A stretch of 64,000 nucleotides of DNA from contig CAZQGS010000020.1 of the NCBI GenBank assembly GCA_964593235.1, positions 77,717-141,716 of the forward strand. The letters run 5' to 3'. Under the pieces are notes generated by a model. That model searched no databases. It saw nothing but the letters and a program-made list of their open reading frames with translations, and was not told the DNA's origin. The position numbers and the translations under genes are program-made. Positions 48,855 to 58,865 of the stretch are shown here, piece after piece (within the stretch, counting starts at the first letter, position 1; each line of letters opens with the position of its first letter). The stretch comes from an uncultured Gemmatimonadota bacterium (GTDB lineage: Bacteria; JAAXHH01).

Positions 48855-49556
48855 TTATCTACCTAGAAGTTGCCTTGTATCAAGGGATTCTATCTTATAA
48901 CCGGCTGGTACAGCAAAAATTGATGGATCAACGCTTTGTTGATTAACTTGTGTTACCGTCATAGTCATTGTTAGGGGAGACCCTGGAAATGTTGTAGTTA
49001 TCTTTAGAGGAAATCCAGATAGCCCATCGGTCCAGAAGGGCATACTATCTTTTAATACTCCGCCTAGTGTTGAGTCTAGATCCATGTGAATTATATTGGT
49101 AACCCACATGTACTGAATCATTGTTCCCGAGGGGTTATATCTGATAACTTTAAATTTTTTGCATTCGTAACCAGCTATGGTCGTTGTTTCTTTTTCGTCT
49201 ATAATTTTAGGTGGAGACCTTTCTTTAAGGTTTGGATCAGGATTAATTTCATAAGCTGTATTGTTTAGGTGACTAATAACATATCCCCGCCCCATCGATC
49301 CGTCAATCACCACCTCTCCCATCATCATTCCAATCAGGCCACCCCGCATATTCACTTTCGTCTGGTTCCCTTTAATGTATATTTTGTATGACTCCGGAAC
49401 CATCTTTGTAACTTGAGCCCGGTCCTCTTCCTCGCCCCCAGCAAAAGTCACATTAAAATTGAGATTACCTTCAAAGGTGTTCTTATCTGGCTGAGCCGAG
49501 ACAAAGGCCTGGATAAAGCAGGTTAGAAGTCCAAAAATAAAGGCGGATCGTGTCAT
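48855..49556 (-). CDS. secreted hypothetical protein (DUF4412-like)
   Basis: 233 aa. Signal peptide (AFVSAQP). TIAGYECKKFKV and FAVPAGYKI resemble DUF4412 / LolA-like beta-proteins. The assignment is tentative. Confidence 0.45.
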   Translation of the reverse strand: MTRSAFIFGLLTCFIQAFVSAQPDKNTFEGNLNFNVTFAGGEEEDRAQVTKMVPESYKIYIKGNQTKVNMRGGLIGMMMGEVVIDGSMGRGYVISHLNNTAYEINPDPNLKERSPPKIIDEKETTTIAGYECKKFKVIRYNPSGTMIQYMWVTNIIHMDLDSTLGGVLKDSMPFWTDGLSGFPLKITTTFPGSPLTMTMTVTQVNQQSVDPSIFAVPAGYKIESLDTRQLLGR

Positions 49557-49617
49557 TTTATTGATCAGGGAGAATTCCAGGCTGGGGTGTGTGAGGATCT
49601 TGGCGTTCCTCGGTCAA

Positions 49618-49648
49618 ATCAGAAAAACATACCAGCTATTTTTCTGAT
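49618..49648. repeat. perfect 10-bp inverted repeat (ATCAGAAAAA-N11-TTTTTCTGAT) between the cytochrome c gene and the DUF4412-like gene
   Basis: Read directly from the sequence. The stem is AT-rich, so it makes a weak terminator and could instead be an operator. Confidence 0.5.
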
Positions 49649-49675
49649 CATATCTGAATTGTCTATTTCTGTTTA

Positions 49676-50047
49676 CTATTTCTCAGATATTATTGTCAGT
49701 TCACCAGCGTGACAGGTATAACATGTAACAGGCTGTACAGTTTTCTTTTCTAAGACTTTTGTTTTAATTTCAGCTACTTGTTTGTTAATCTGTTCGACAA
49801 GTTTGATAAATTCTCGGCCAATAATTTTGGGATGTTTCTCATCACTGGAATAATCTTTCAAGTTGTGACAATAGACGCACTTTTCTCCGATTCCTTTGCT
49901 TACTGATTTCATATAGGTTCGTATTTCACGGCTAGAAAAGTCGGTCAAAACCTGTACATTTTTTGGACCACGTTGAGCATTTACAGTTGCAACTAACAAG
50001 ATCGAAAGTATAAAACATGTGCTTATAGCATATTTTAAAGTTTTCAT
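49676..50047 (-). CDS. small secreted c-type cytochrome with two CxxCH motifs (reaction-centre cytochrome c-like family)
   Basis: Signal peptide, then NVQVL...M...CVYCH and a C-terminal CYTCH. Start chosen at ATG 50047 (MKTLKY...); the maximal ORF reaches 50086. Confidence 0.65.
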   Translation of the reverse strand: MKTLKYAISTCFILSILLVATVNAQRGPKNVQVLTDFSSREIRTYMKSVSKGIGEKCVYCHNLKDYSSDEKHPKIIGREFIKLVEQINKQVAEIKTKVLEKKTVQPVTCYTCHAGELTIISEK

Positions 50048-50353
50048 GGTAACTCTTTTCATTATGGAACTTACATAATCCCCCAAAACACTAAAAAGGG
50101 TTCTTTAATCCCAAAATTTGTCCGATAAACTTAGAAATTACTTGATATGATGTCAAGATTTTTCAGGAGTAATTAGTCTTTCTACCTTCAATTGTTATTT
50201 ATATTGAAATTAATCTAACCCAGCCTACTAACCGTTGAAGGATAATTTGCTAGAGAATGCTGATTGTTTTGCTATTATAAGATTTAGTCTGTTCTTTTAG
50301 GTGAATTTCAGGGTTAAAAAATTTAAAAACAATTAAGATTAGTTGTCTTATTC

Positions 50354-50381
50354 TTGACGCCTGGAACAAACCTCTTAAAAT
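50354..50381 (+). promoter_or_regulatory. putative promoter TTGACG-N16-TAAAAT upstream of eno
   Basis: TTGACG at 50354-50359 and TAAAAT at 50376-50381, about 85 nt before the eno ATG. Confidence 0.3.
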
Positions 50382-50461
50382 AGTAAGGTAACAAATATAA
50401 GTTTGACGAGCTAACGATGGAAAAGATTTAATAATGTTAAAGTTGGTAAGCTAGGACTTAA

Positions 50462-51751
<1,290 letters not shown>

Positions 51752-51784
51752 TTGAAGTATTTTTTCGCAAAGGGAGTTATAACA

Positions 51785-52114
51785 ATGAAGAGAAACCGGA
51801 GAAGATTGATCTTTCTGGGTCTCATAGCTGCCATATTCGGTTATTTATATATTGGAGGTAGTTATGGTTGGCTAAATATGATAACTCTCAAATCTCAGAA
51901 GAACCATCTCAAATCGGAACTGAAGGTATTAGAAACAAGACAGACTCTTCTAATCAACAAACTTGAAGTATTAGAAGGTGATATAGATACAAATAGTGAG
52001 ACTCGTTTCGAAATCGAAAAACTTGCACGAGAAGAACATGGTATGGCGCGGGAAGACGAGTTAATATATCATTTTCCGGAAGAAAATGAAGATCTGACTA
52101 AAATAAAAAATTAG
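51785..52114 (+). CDS. ftsB: septum formation initiator FtsB/DivIC family protein
   Basis: Basic N-terminus, TM helix and coiled coil, ending in GMAREDELIY. Conserved eno-ftsB linkage. RBS AGGGAG lies before the ATG at 51785; the ORF-track TTG at 51752 is less likely. Confidence 0.75.
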   Translation: MKRNRRRLIFLGLIAAIFGYLYIGGSYGWLNMITLKSQKNHLKSELKVLETRQTLLINKLEVLEGDIDTNSETRFEIEKLAREEHGMAREDELIYHFPEENEDLTKIKN

Positions 52115-52160
52115 ATTCTGGCTATAAAAATGATAACTAGGTAAACACTGGGCCTATTAA

Positions 52161-52952
52161 ATGGCCATACAATCATCAGAAGCTATCATCCTCAAAAGAA
52201 TCCCACTAGGCGACACCAGCCTCCTAGTCACGGTTTACTCACGTAATTTTGGCAAGGTCAAATTGGTAGCTCGTGGAGCTCGAGGTCCCAAAAGTAAAAT
52301 AGCATCCGCCCTCCAGCCATTCTGCATTGTTACCGTAATATTTAACCAACGACCTAATAGGGAATTACAGAATCTTTCAAAGATTGAAGTAGGTTCATTT
52401 TTTAGAAATATCGGAGAAGATCTTTCAAAAGTTGGATATGCGAGCGCAGTCTGTGAGTTGGTAGATCGTTTGGTACTAGGTGAAGAGCCGGGCCACGAAC
52501 TTTTTATCTTAATGTTTGAAACTTTACAGGCAATAGATCTAGGCCCTTCAGAAGCATGTGAAGTATTATTTTGGAGGTTTCAATTAGAATTTGCTTACAT
52601 ATATGGGGCGGGACCAGAATTTTCTAATTGTCGAGGATGCACAAAACCTCTACAGGATAAAGAAGTTAATTTTAGTTTAGCCGAGGGAGGGGTCTTATGT
52701 CGGGCTTGCCAAGGTCAGGATAGCAATACTATGCGACTTTCCCTTGGTACAATTCGATTTTTATCCCGGGTATGTGAGATGCCTCGTGATCGTCTAAATA
52801 GATTGAAACCTCTTAAGGCATCCAGAGCTGAAATTAAACGGTTAATAAAAGCTTACTACTTATACCAAATGGATGATCGATATGATTTAAAATCATTAAA
52901 ATTTCTTGAGTCGATAGAAATAGATGTTGTGGAGAAGAATAATGGCAAATGA
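52161..52952 (+). CDS. recO: DNA repair protein RecO
   Basis: 263 aa. N-terminal OB fold (AIILKRIPLGDTSLLVTVYSRNFGKVKLVARGAR) and zinc finger CRGC...CRAC. Confidence 0.85.
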   Translation: MAIQSSEAIILKRIPLGDTSLLVTVYSRNFGKVKLVARGARGPKSKIASALQPFCIVTVIFNQRPNRELQNLSKIEVGSFFRNIGEDLSKVGYASAVCELVDRLVLGEEPGHELFILMFETLQAIDLGPSEACEVLFWRFQLEFAYIYGAGPEFSNCRGCTKPLQDKEVNFSLAEGGVLCRACQGQDSNTMRLSLGTIRFLSRVCEMPRDRLNRLKPLKASRAEIKRLIKAYYLYQMDDRYDLKSLKFLESIEIDVVEKNNGK

Positions 52953-53937
52953 TCTAGGTAAGTGCGATGTTGTAACGTGGGGTGAGGGGTTTTTACGTCT
53001 TACACCAAAAGAGAAAGAACGTTTTGAACAATCGGCAGGTTTTAATGTAGCTATTGCAGGAGGAGCGCTCGAAACAGCCGTCGGCCTTTCACGGCTGGGG
53101 TATCGTGCATTGTGGTTCTCGGCTGTTGGTGATACCCCGTTAGGAGCTAAAATTGTTAATAAAGTTCGAGAACATGGTGTTGATACCACATGCGTGGAAT
53201 TGGTTCCTGATGGTCGAACTGGGTTATGTTATACAGAAATTGGTACAGCGCCAAGATTAACAAAATCTTGGTTTGATATGCACGATACTGCCTTCCGTAA
53301 AACGTCCCCAGCAAGCATGGAATGGTCTTCGAATAATCAAACAAAAATTTTCCATGTAGACATTACTCCACCACTAATCGATTCCGTAGATGCTAATTGG
53401 TTAAAAAGCAGCCTTATAAATGCAAAAACTGCAGTTTGTCAGGTTAGCGTACTACTAGATTTACCAAGTGAAGAGGGCATAGATGATGAGATTAGAAATT
53501 GGATTTTTGATCTTGTAGATATCGTGGACATATTTCAGGTAACACTTCGAACTTTAAAAACGATCTGGGATTATGACAGTTCATTATTGTCAGTACCTGA
53601 TTTTGTGCAATCAGGATTTAAGGGAAAAACTACCGTGGTTATGGAGCAACTATTTTCTGGTACAGGATCTAACTGGAAGGGAACAGCCGTGTCTCCGGAT
53701 GGAGAGGTATTCGAAAATAGTTCCAGTGGTATTGTTGTTATCGATCCCTATGGAGCTCTCGGGGCCTTCGCCGCGGGCTTTCTTTATGGTTACCTATCCA
53801 AATGTACTTATTCTGGACTACAATATGGTACCGCAGCAGCAGGACTAGCCTGTTCTGTTCCGGGTTCTTTAAATTGGGTTACCAAACAAGATTTGGATTT
53901 GCAGATTGAAGGGACTGGGTCTGGTCTGGAAAGATAG
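52942..53937 (+). CDS. PfkB-family sugar kinase-like protein (KDG-kinase-like, atypical active site)
   Basis: N-terminus VVTWGEGFLRL...AGGALETAVGLSRLG...GDTPLGAKIVNKVREHGVDT is KdgK-like. The C-terminal motif reads DPYGALGAF instead of DTTGAGDAF. The ATG at 52942 has the RBS GGAG and overlaps the recO end by 11 nt. Confidence 0.6.
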   Translation: MANDLGKCDVVTWGEGFLRLTPKEKERFEQSAGFNVAIAGGALETAVGLSRLGYRALWFSAVGDTPLGAKIVNKVREHGVDTTCVELVPDGRTGLCYTEIGTAPRLTKSWFDMHDTAFRKTSPASMEWSSNNQTKIFHVDITPPLIDSVDANWLKSSLINAKTAVCQVSVLLDLPSEEGIDDEIRNWIFDLVDIVDIFQVTLRTLKTIWDYDSSLLSVPDFVQSGFKGKTTVVMEQLFSGTGSNWKGTAVSPDGEVFENSSSGIVVIDPYGALGAFAAGFLYGYLSKCTYSGLQYGTAAAGLACSVPGSLNWVTKQDLDLQIEGTGSGLER

Positions 53938-54032
53938 GGGGGCTTGGTAGCTTTTCTATAATAGCCTAGTCTTATCATAGAATAACAGGTAATAATTAGC
54001 CAAAGATCTTTCTTTTGTCAATCTCACCAAAA

Positions 54033-54821
54033 TTAATCCCTACTCCACAGGTCTGTATTTTCGGTCAAGATTTCTGGACCATCAGATAATATCGCAACCG
54101 TATGCTCATAATGAGCTGATAATTTACGATCAGCCGTAGAGGTCGTCCATTCGTCCTCAAGAACATTGATATCGTGAGTTCCTATGCATACCATGGGTTC
54201 GATAGCGATAACCATGCCTGGTTTAAGTCGTATTCCCTGTCCAGGATTTCCATAATTAGGGACTTGTGGTTCTTCCCAAAGGTTATGACCAATACCATGT
54301 CCACACAAATCCCGCACAACAGAGTATCCATGGGATTCAACATAACTTTGAACAGCATGGCCGATATCTCCAATACGATTGCCTGGTTTTGCTTCCTTAA
54401 TGCCTTTAAATAGAGATTTTTTGGTGACCTCTAGTAGCTTTTGGGCTTCGGTTGAAATATTCCCAACAGGAAATGTAAAAGCAGTATCACCATGATATCC
54501 ATCAATAATTATAGCAAAATCTAGGCTAAGAATATCCCCATTAATAATAGTTCGATTCGGACTAGGTATACCGTGAACAATTTCATCATTGATAGATGAG
54601 CAGATTGTTGCTGGAAAAGGGGGGTGAAATGTAGGTTGGTATCCTAAGAAGGATGAGATTCCCTTATATTTGTGAATCATTTGTCGAGCAATATTATCGA
54701 GGTGAGAGGTTGTAATATTAGGTTTGATTGCTTCGCCCATACGTTGGATTGTTGTGGTAGCAGCCTGGCTACTTCGACGCATGGTTTCGATCTGTTTTTC
54801 AGTTTTTAATATGATACCCAT
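54033..54821 (-). CDS. map: type I methionyl aminopeptidase
   Basis: Typical N-terminus MGIILKTEKQIETMR, with CGHGIGHNLWEEP and metal-ligand contexts. The ATG at 54821 has the RBS AGGGAAAG. The maximal ORF (54878) would add 19 non-homologous residues. Confidence 0.92.
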   Translation of the reverse strand: MGIILKTEKQIETMRRSSQAATTTIQRMGEAIKPNITTSHLDNIARQMIHKYKGISSFLGYQPTFHPPFPATICSSINDEIVHGIPSPNRTIINGDILSLDFAIIIDGYHGDTAFTFPVGNISTEAQKLLEVTKKSLFKGIKEAKPGNRIGDIGHAVQSYVESHGYSVVRDLCGHGIGHNLWEEPQVPNYGNPGQGIRLKPGMVIAIEPMVCIGTHDINVLEDEWTTSTADRKLSAHYEHTVAILSDGPEILTENTDLWSRD

Positions 54822-55174
54822 GACTTTCCCTGTGATATAATTTGCTGATACAGTATGTATCTCGTGCAGTTTTGACAAGGTGATTCTTGTAAAGCATCAT
54901 GCATGATACAAGGGGATAAGATTTAGTCAAGGTCAATAAACAACTCTAGGCCAACCGATACAATAGGGATAGGGCAATTCACCCGATTGCCTAGATTTAG
55001 ATGGTGTCAAATTTCTATATATCAGCTCCAGGTACATGATTGGCTACTCTTAAAATATCTTGTTACACCTTTGCATGGTATGTACATTTTGTAAAATGTT
55101 TTATACTAATTTTATTATTAACTAGGCTTGGTGTATATTTTCACTAGAACTATAGGAGTAAAATTAAAATCATT

Positions 55175-56170
55175 ATGGATCAATCAGCTCTGCATGAAGA
55201 ACCGGCACGGAAGTGGTTAACTTACCGACCAGAGATAAAACTCATTGATTGTACGATACGAGACGGTGGGCTAATGAATAACCACTGGTTCGAAGACAAT
55301 ACAGTGAAGGCAGTATATAAGGCTTGCGTAAGTGGTGGAATAGATTATATGGAAATAGGCTATATAAATTCTCGCGAGATCTTTTCTTCGAAGGAGCATG
55401 GACCATGGAAGTTCAGTTCCGAAGACGATATTAGGCGCATTGTTGGAGATAATGAAACATCACTCAAGATTGCTGCCATGGCTGATGCTGAAAAATCTGA
55501 TTATAAAACTGATATCTTAGCTGCTAAAGATAGTGTGTTAGATATGATTCGAATTGCGACATACATCCATCAAATTCCTTTAGCGCTTGATATGATAGAA
55601 GACTGCCATGAAAAAGGGTATGAAACTTCATTAAATCTCATGGCTGCTTCGACAATTTCTGAAAAGGAAATGGATCAAGCCCTCTCAATGTTGGTAGACT
55701 CAAGTGTAGATGCCATCTATGTAGTTGACAGCTTTGGTGCTCTCTACAGTGAACAAATAGAATCTCTTGTTCAAAAATTCCTCAGAGTTTTAGAGTCAAC
55801 TAACAAGGAAGTAGGTATTCATGCTCACAATAATCAACAGTTAGCGTTTGCCAATACTATCCAAGCTTTGATTTTAGGTGCAAATTATCTCGATGCTAGT
55901 TTGGCAGGATTAGGACGAGGGGCAGGGAATTGCCCTATGGAACTGATTGTCGGTTTTCTCCATAACCCCAAATTGCGGTTGCGCCCTCTTTTAGAGTGTA
56001 TTCAATACGAAGTTGAACCTATGCGAGCAGAATTAATGTGGGGGTTTGACATACCTTATATGATAACGGGTTTGATGAATCAGCATCCCCGGGCAGGTAT
56101 GCGTTTCAACGCCCAGAAGGATCGGGGAGATATGGCAAAATTCTACGACGAAATAGAAGGTGCTGGCTAA
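55175..56170 (+). CDS. HMGL-like (pyruvate carboxyltransferase fold) aldolase family protein
   Basis: 331 aa. DCTIRDGG at the N-terminus and HAHNN metal-ligand motifs, as in the DmpG/HMG-CoA lyase superfamily. Confidence 0.7.
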   Translation: MDQSALHEEPARKWLTYRPEIKLIDCTIRDGGLMNNHWFEDNTVKAVYKACVSGGIDYMEIGYINSREIFSSKEHGPWKFSSEDDIRRIVGDNETSLKIAAMADAEKSDYKTDILAAKDSVLDMIRIATYIHQIPLALDMIEDCHEKGYETSLNLMAASTISEKEMDQALSMLVDSSVDAIYVVDSFGALYSEQIESLVQKFLRVLESTNKEVGIHAHNNQQLAFANTIQALILGANYLDASLAGLGRGAGNCPMELIVGFLHNPKLRLRPLLECIQYEVEPMRAELMWGFDIPYMITGLMNQHPRAGMRFNAQKDRGDMAKFYDEIEGAG

Positions 56171-56210
56171 TCTAATTATTCCTGTGAAAAACATAACCAT
56201 TATTTAACTT

Positions 56211-57485
56211 ATGATTACATCTGTCGAACAAGATATTGTAGAGAAGATTGATGATCTCCAAGAGGACATGGTTAAATTTTTACAGGAGCTAGTAAGGATA
56301 CCTTCCGTGAATCCACCCGGGGAAGGATATCATCAGTGTGCAGAGCTATTAGGTGATAAATTAAAATTATTGGGATTCGATACCCAATATGTAATAGCAG
56401 AAAACCATCCTGATCATTCAAAAAAATATCCTCGAGTTAATCTTGTAGGTCGCCTAAATGGTGATTTGCCAATGCCTACACTTCACTTTAATGGGCATAC
56501 AGATGTGGTCCCCGCTGGGGCAAATTGGACAGTCGATCCCTTTCAGGGTATTGTGAAAGATGGGAAAATTTATGGTCGAGGAACCAGTGATATGAAGGGC
56601 GGTCTAGTAGCTGCACTTTTTGCAGTGGCCGCTATTCGGGAAGCTGGTATTGAGCTTCGTGGGAGTCTTGAATATAGTGCGACGGTGGACGAAGAAACCG
56701 GTGGATTTGCCGGTATGGATTATTTAGCTAGGAAAGGATGGATTTCACCAGAAAGGACGTCGTATGTTATAATTCCAGAACCCTTCGGGCCTAATCGAAT
56801 CTGCTTGGGACACAGAGGAGTATACTGGTTCCAAATTGATACTTTCGGTCGGACGGCCCATGGAAGTATGCCCTTTCTAGGAGTTAATGCGATAAGCTTA
56901 ATGGGACGTATATTGCGCGAAATAGAATCTAAACTAATGCCGGCGATCAGTAACCGAATCACAAATATGCCGGTAGAGCCACCGGAAGCTCGGTACGCAA
57001 CTATCAATGTGAACGGTATTGTTGGAGGACAGAAAAGTCGAAGCGTAGGGTCACCATGCGTAGTTGATCACTGTTCAGCAATTTTTGATCGTAGATACCT
57101 AAAAGAGGAGTCTTTCTCCGACGTAAAAAAGGAAATTGAGGACCTATTATCCACTCTTGCTCAGGAGGATTCTAATTTCAGTAGCGAGGTGTCCGATTTA
57201 ATGGTTGTTCATCCGGTAGAAACTGACCCGAATACTAAATTAGTGCAAACAACTGCTCAGACAATTGAAGAACTAATAGGCAATTCAACGCAATTCGTAG
57301 CAAGTCCAGGAACCTATGACCATAAACATGTTTACAATACAGGAAGAGTCAAACAATGTATAGCATATGGTCCGGGGCTTTTACATCTGGCTCATCAGCC
57401 AGATGAATACTGCAGCATTGATGATCTTGTGCAAAGCTGTAAGGTAATGGCGCTTACTATGGTTCGATTACTTGAATTTAAATAA
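56211..57485 (+). CDS. M20 family metallohydrolase (ArgE/DapE/ACY1-like)
   Basis: 424 aa. HFNGHTDVVP, GRGTSDMKGG and DEETGG motifs. Confidence 0.85.
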   Translation: MITSVEQDIVEKIDDLQEDMVKFLQELVRIPSVNPPGEGYHQCAELLGDKLKLLGFDTQYVIAENHPDHSKKYPRVNLVGRLNGDLPMPTLHFNGHTDVVPAGANWTVDPFQGIVKDGKIYGRGTSDMKGGLVAALFAVAAIREAGIELRGSLEYSATVDEETGGFAGMDYLARKGWISPERTSYVIIPEPFGPNRICLGHRGVYWFQIDTFGRTAHGSMPFLGVNAISLMGRILREIESKLMPAISNRITNMPVEPPEARYATINVNGIVGGQKSRSVGSPCVVDHCSAIFDRRYLKEESFSDVKKEIEDLLSTLAQEDSNFSSEVSDLMVVHPVETDPNTKLVQTTAQTIEELIGNSTQFVASPGTYDHKHVYNTGRVKQCIAYGPGLLHLAHQPDEYCSIDDLVQSCKVMALTMVRLLEFK

Positions 57486-57498
57486 CAAGGGAGTAAGA

Positions 57499-58644
57499 AT
57501 GGATTTCGCCCTCAATAGTGATCACATCATGATGCGAGATACCACACGTCGAATAGCTGAAGAAAAATTGAAACCCATTGCTAGAGAGATCGACGAAAGT
57601 GAAACAGTATCATACGAAACAATACGAGAACTAGGTGAAATGGGTTTTATGGCTATGATGGTTCCTGAAGAATACGGTGGAGCAGGGTTAGATACAATAA
57701 GCTATGTAATTGCAGTAGAAGAATTTTCTAGAGTATGTGCTTCAACGGGAGTATGTGTTTCGGTTAATAATTCTCTTTTCGCTGATGGTGTTTGCTCGTT
57801 TGGAACGGAGAAGCAAAAGAGGATTTATCTCCCGCCACTTGGATGTGGTAAGGCACAGGCATGTCTTGCCCTAACTGAACCTGAAGCAGGAACAGATGTT
57901 GGTGCAACAACTACTTCAGCTTTAAAAATAGGTTCTGAATATGTGATTGATGGAAAGAAACATTTTGTCACTAATGGTGGTTTTGCCGATAATCTTCTTG
58001 TTTTAGTAACGACAGCTCCTGGAACAGGCCACCGTGGACTCAGTATGCTCCTAGTGGAGAAGGGTACTCCTGGTTTTACGATTGGTCGCCAGGAACATAA
58101 ATTGGGAATAAGAGGTTCAGATACTAGTGAACTGCTTTTCGAAAAATGTCGAGTTCCAGAGGAAAATCTTCTGGGTGAAGAGGGCAGGGGGATGAACATC
58201 GCACTGTCTATTCTTAATGGTGGACGGATTGGTATTGCAGCGCAAGCACTGGGAATTGCCCAGGGAGCATACGACGCATCAGTACAGTATGCAAAAGAGC
58301 GAATACAGTTTGACAAACCGATAGCGGAGTTTCAAGCCATCGCTTTCAAATTAGCTGAAATGGCAACCGAGCTAGAGGCTGCCCGGCTCATGACATATAA
58401 GGCAGCTTGGCTAAAAGATAACGGACAAGATTATATCGTTGCATCATCAATGGCTAAGCTTTATGCATCAGAGGCCTCAATAAAGATCACTAATGAAGCG
58501 ATACAGATTCATGGTGGCTATGGATATATTAGAGATTTTGATGTTGAACGGTTCTATCGTGATGCTCGAATAACTACTCTTTACGAAGGGACTTCTGAAG
58601 CTCAGAAAATCGTAATTTCCCGAAAAATATTAACCCCTAGTTGA
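57499..58644 (+). CDS. acyl-CoA dehydrogenase (short/medium chain type)
   Basis: About 381 aa from the ATG at 57499 (RBS AGGGAG). ALTEPEAGTD, QIHGGYGY and LYEGTSEAQ motifs. Confidence 0.93.
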   Translation: MDFALNSDHIMMRDTTRRIAEEKLKPIAREIDESETVSYETIRELGEMGFMAMMVPEEYGGAGLDTISYVIAVEEFSRVCASTGVCVSVNNSLFADGVCSFGTEKQKRIYLPPLGCGKAQACLALTEPEAGTDVGATTTSALKIGSEYVIDGKKHFVTNGGFADNLLVLVTTAPGTGHRGLSMLLVEKGTPGFTIGRQEHKLGIRGSDTSELLFEKCRVPEENLLGEEGRGMNIALSILNGGRIGIAAQALGIAQGAYDASVQYAKERIQFDKPIAEFQAIAFKLAEMATELEAARLMTYKAAWLKDNGQDYIVASSMAKLYASEASIKITNEAIQIHGGYGYIRDFDVERFYRDARITTLYEGTSEAQKIVISRKILTPS

Positions 58645-58741
58645 GAGCTTTTTAACTAAGGGTTGGGATCTTTTATCACCATGTTGGTAGTTAGTTTTTA
58701 TCATAATTTAAAAAAATTCAAGAACAGAATTGTAGAGCCTG

Positions 58742-58770
58742 TTGACATAAATATTCAATAGCTATATATT
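58742..58770 (+). promoter_or_regulatory. putative promoter TTGACA-N17-TATATT upstream of parE
   Basis: TTGACA at 58742-58747 and TATATT at 58765-58770, about 95 nt before the ATG at 58866. Confidence 0.35.
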
Positions 58771-58865
58771 GTGCCAGTCCGGTATCCTAGTACAACATAT
58801 TCTAATGTCCAGGGTCTCATAATGTAAGGGCCTTGGCTTGTCCGATTGCTATTGGAGTAGCACCG

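Noticed and set aside
57825-58316. Long antisense ORFs lie inside conserved genes: 163 aa inside the acyl-CoA dehydrogenase here, with similar cases at 8179-8592, 9790-10254, 26640-26978, 33171-33563 and 41075-41443.
   Set aside because: Each lies fully within or across strongly homologous genes on the opposite strand. They have Pro/Ser/Arg-rich compositions typical of shadow frames.
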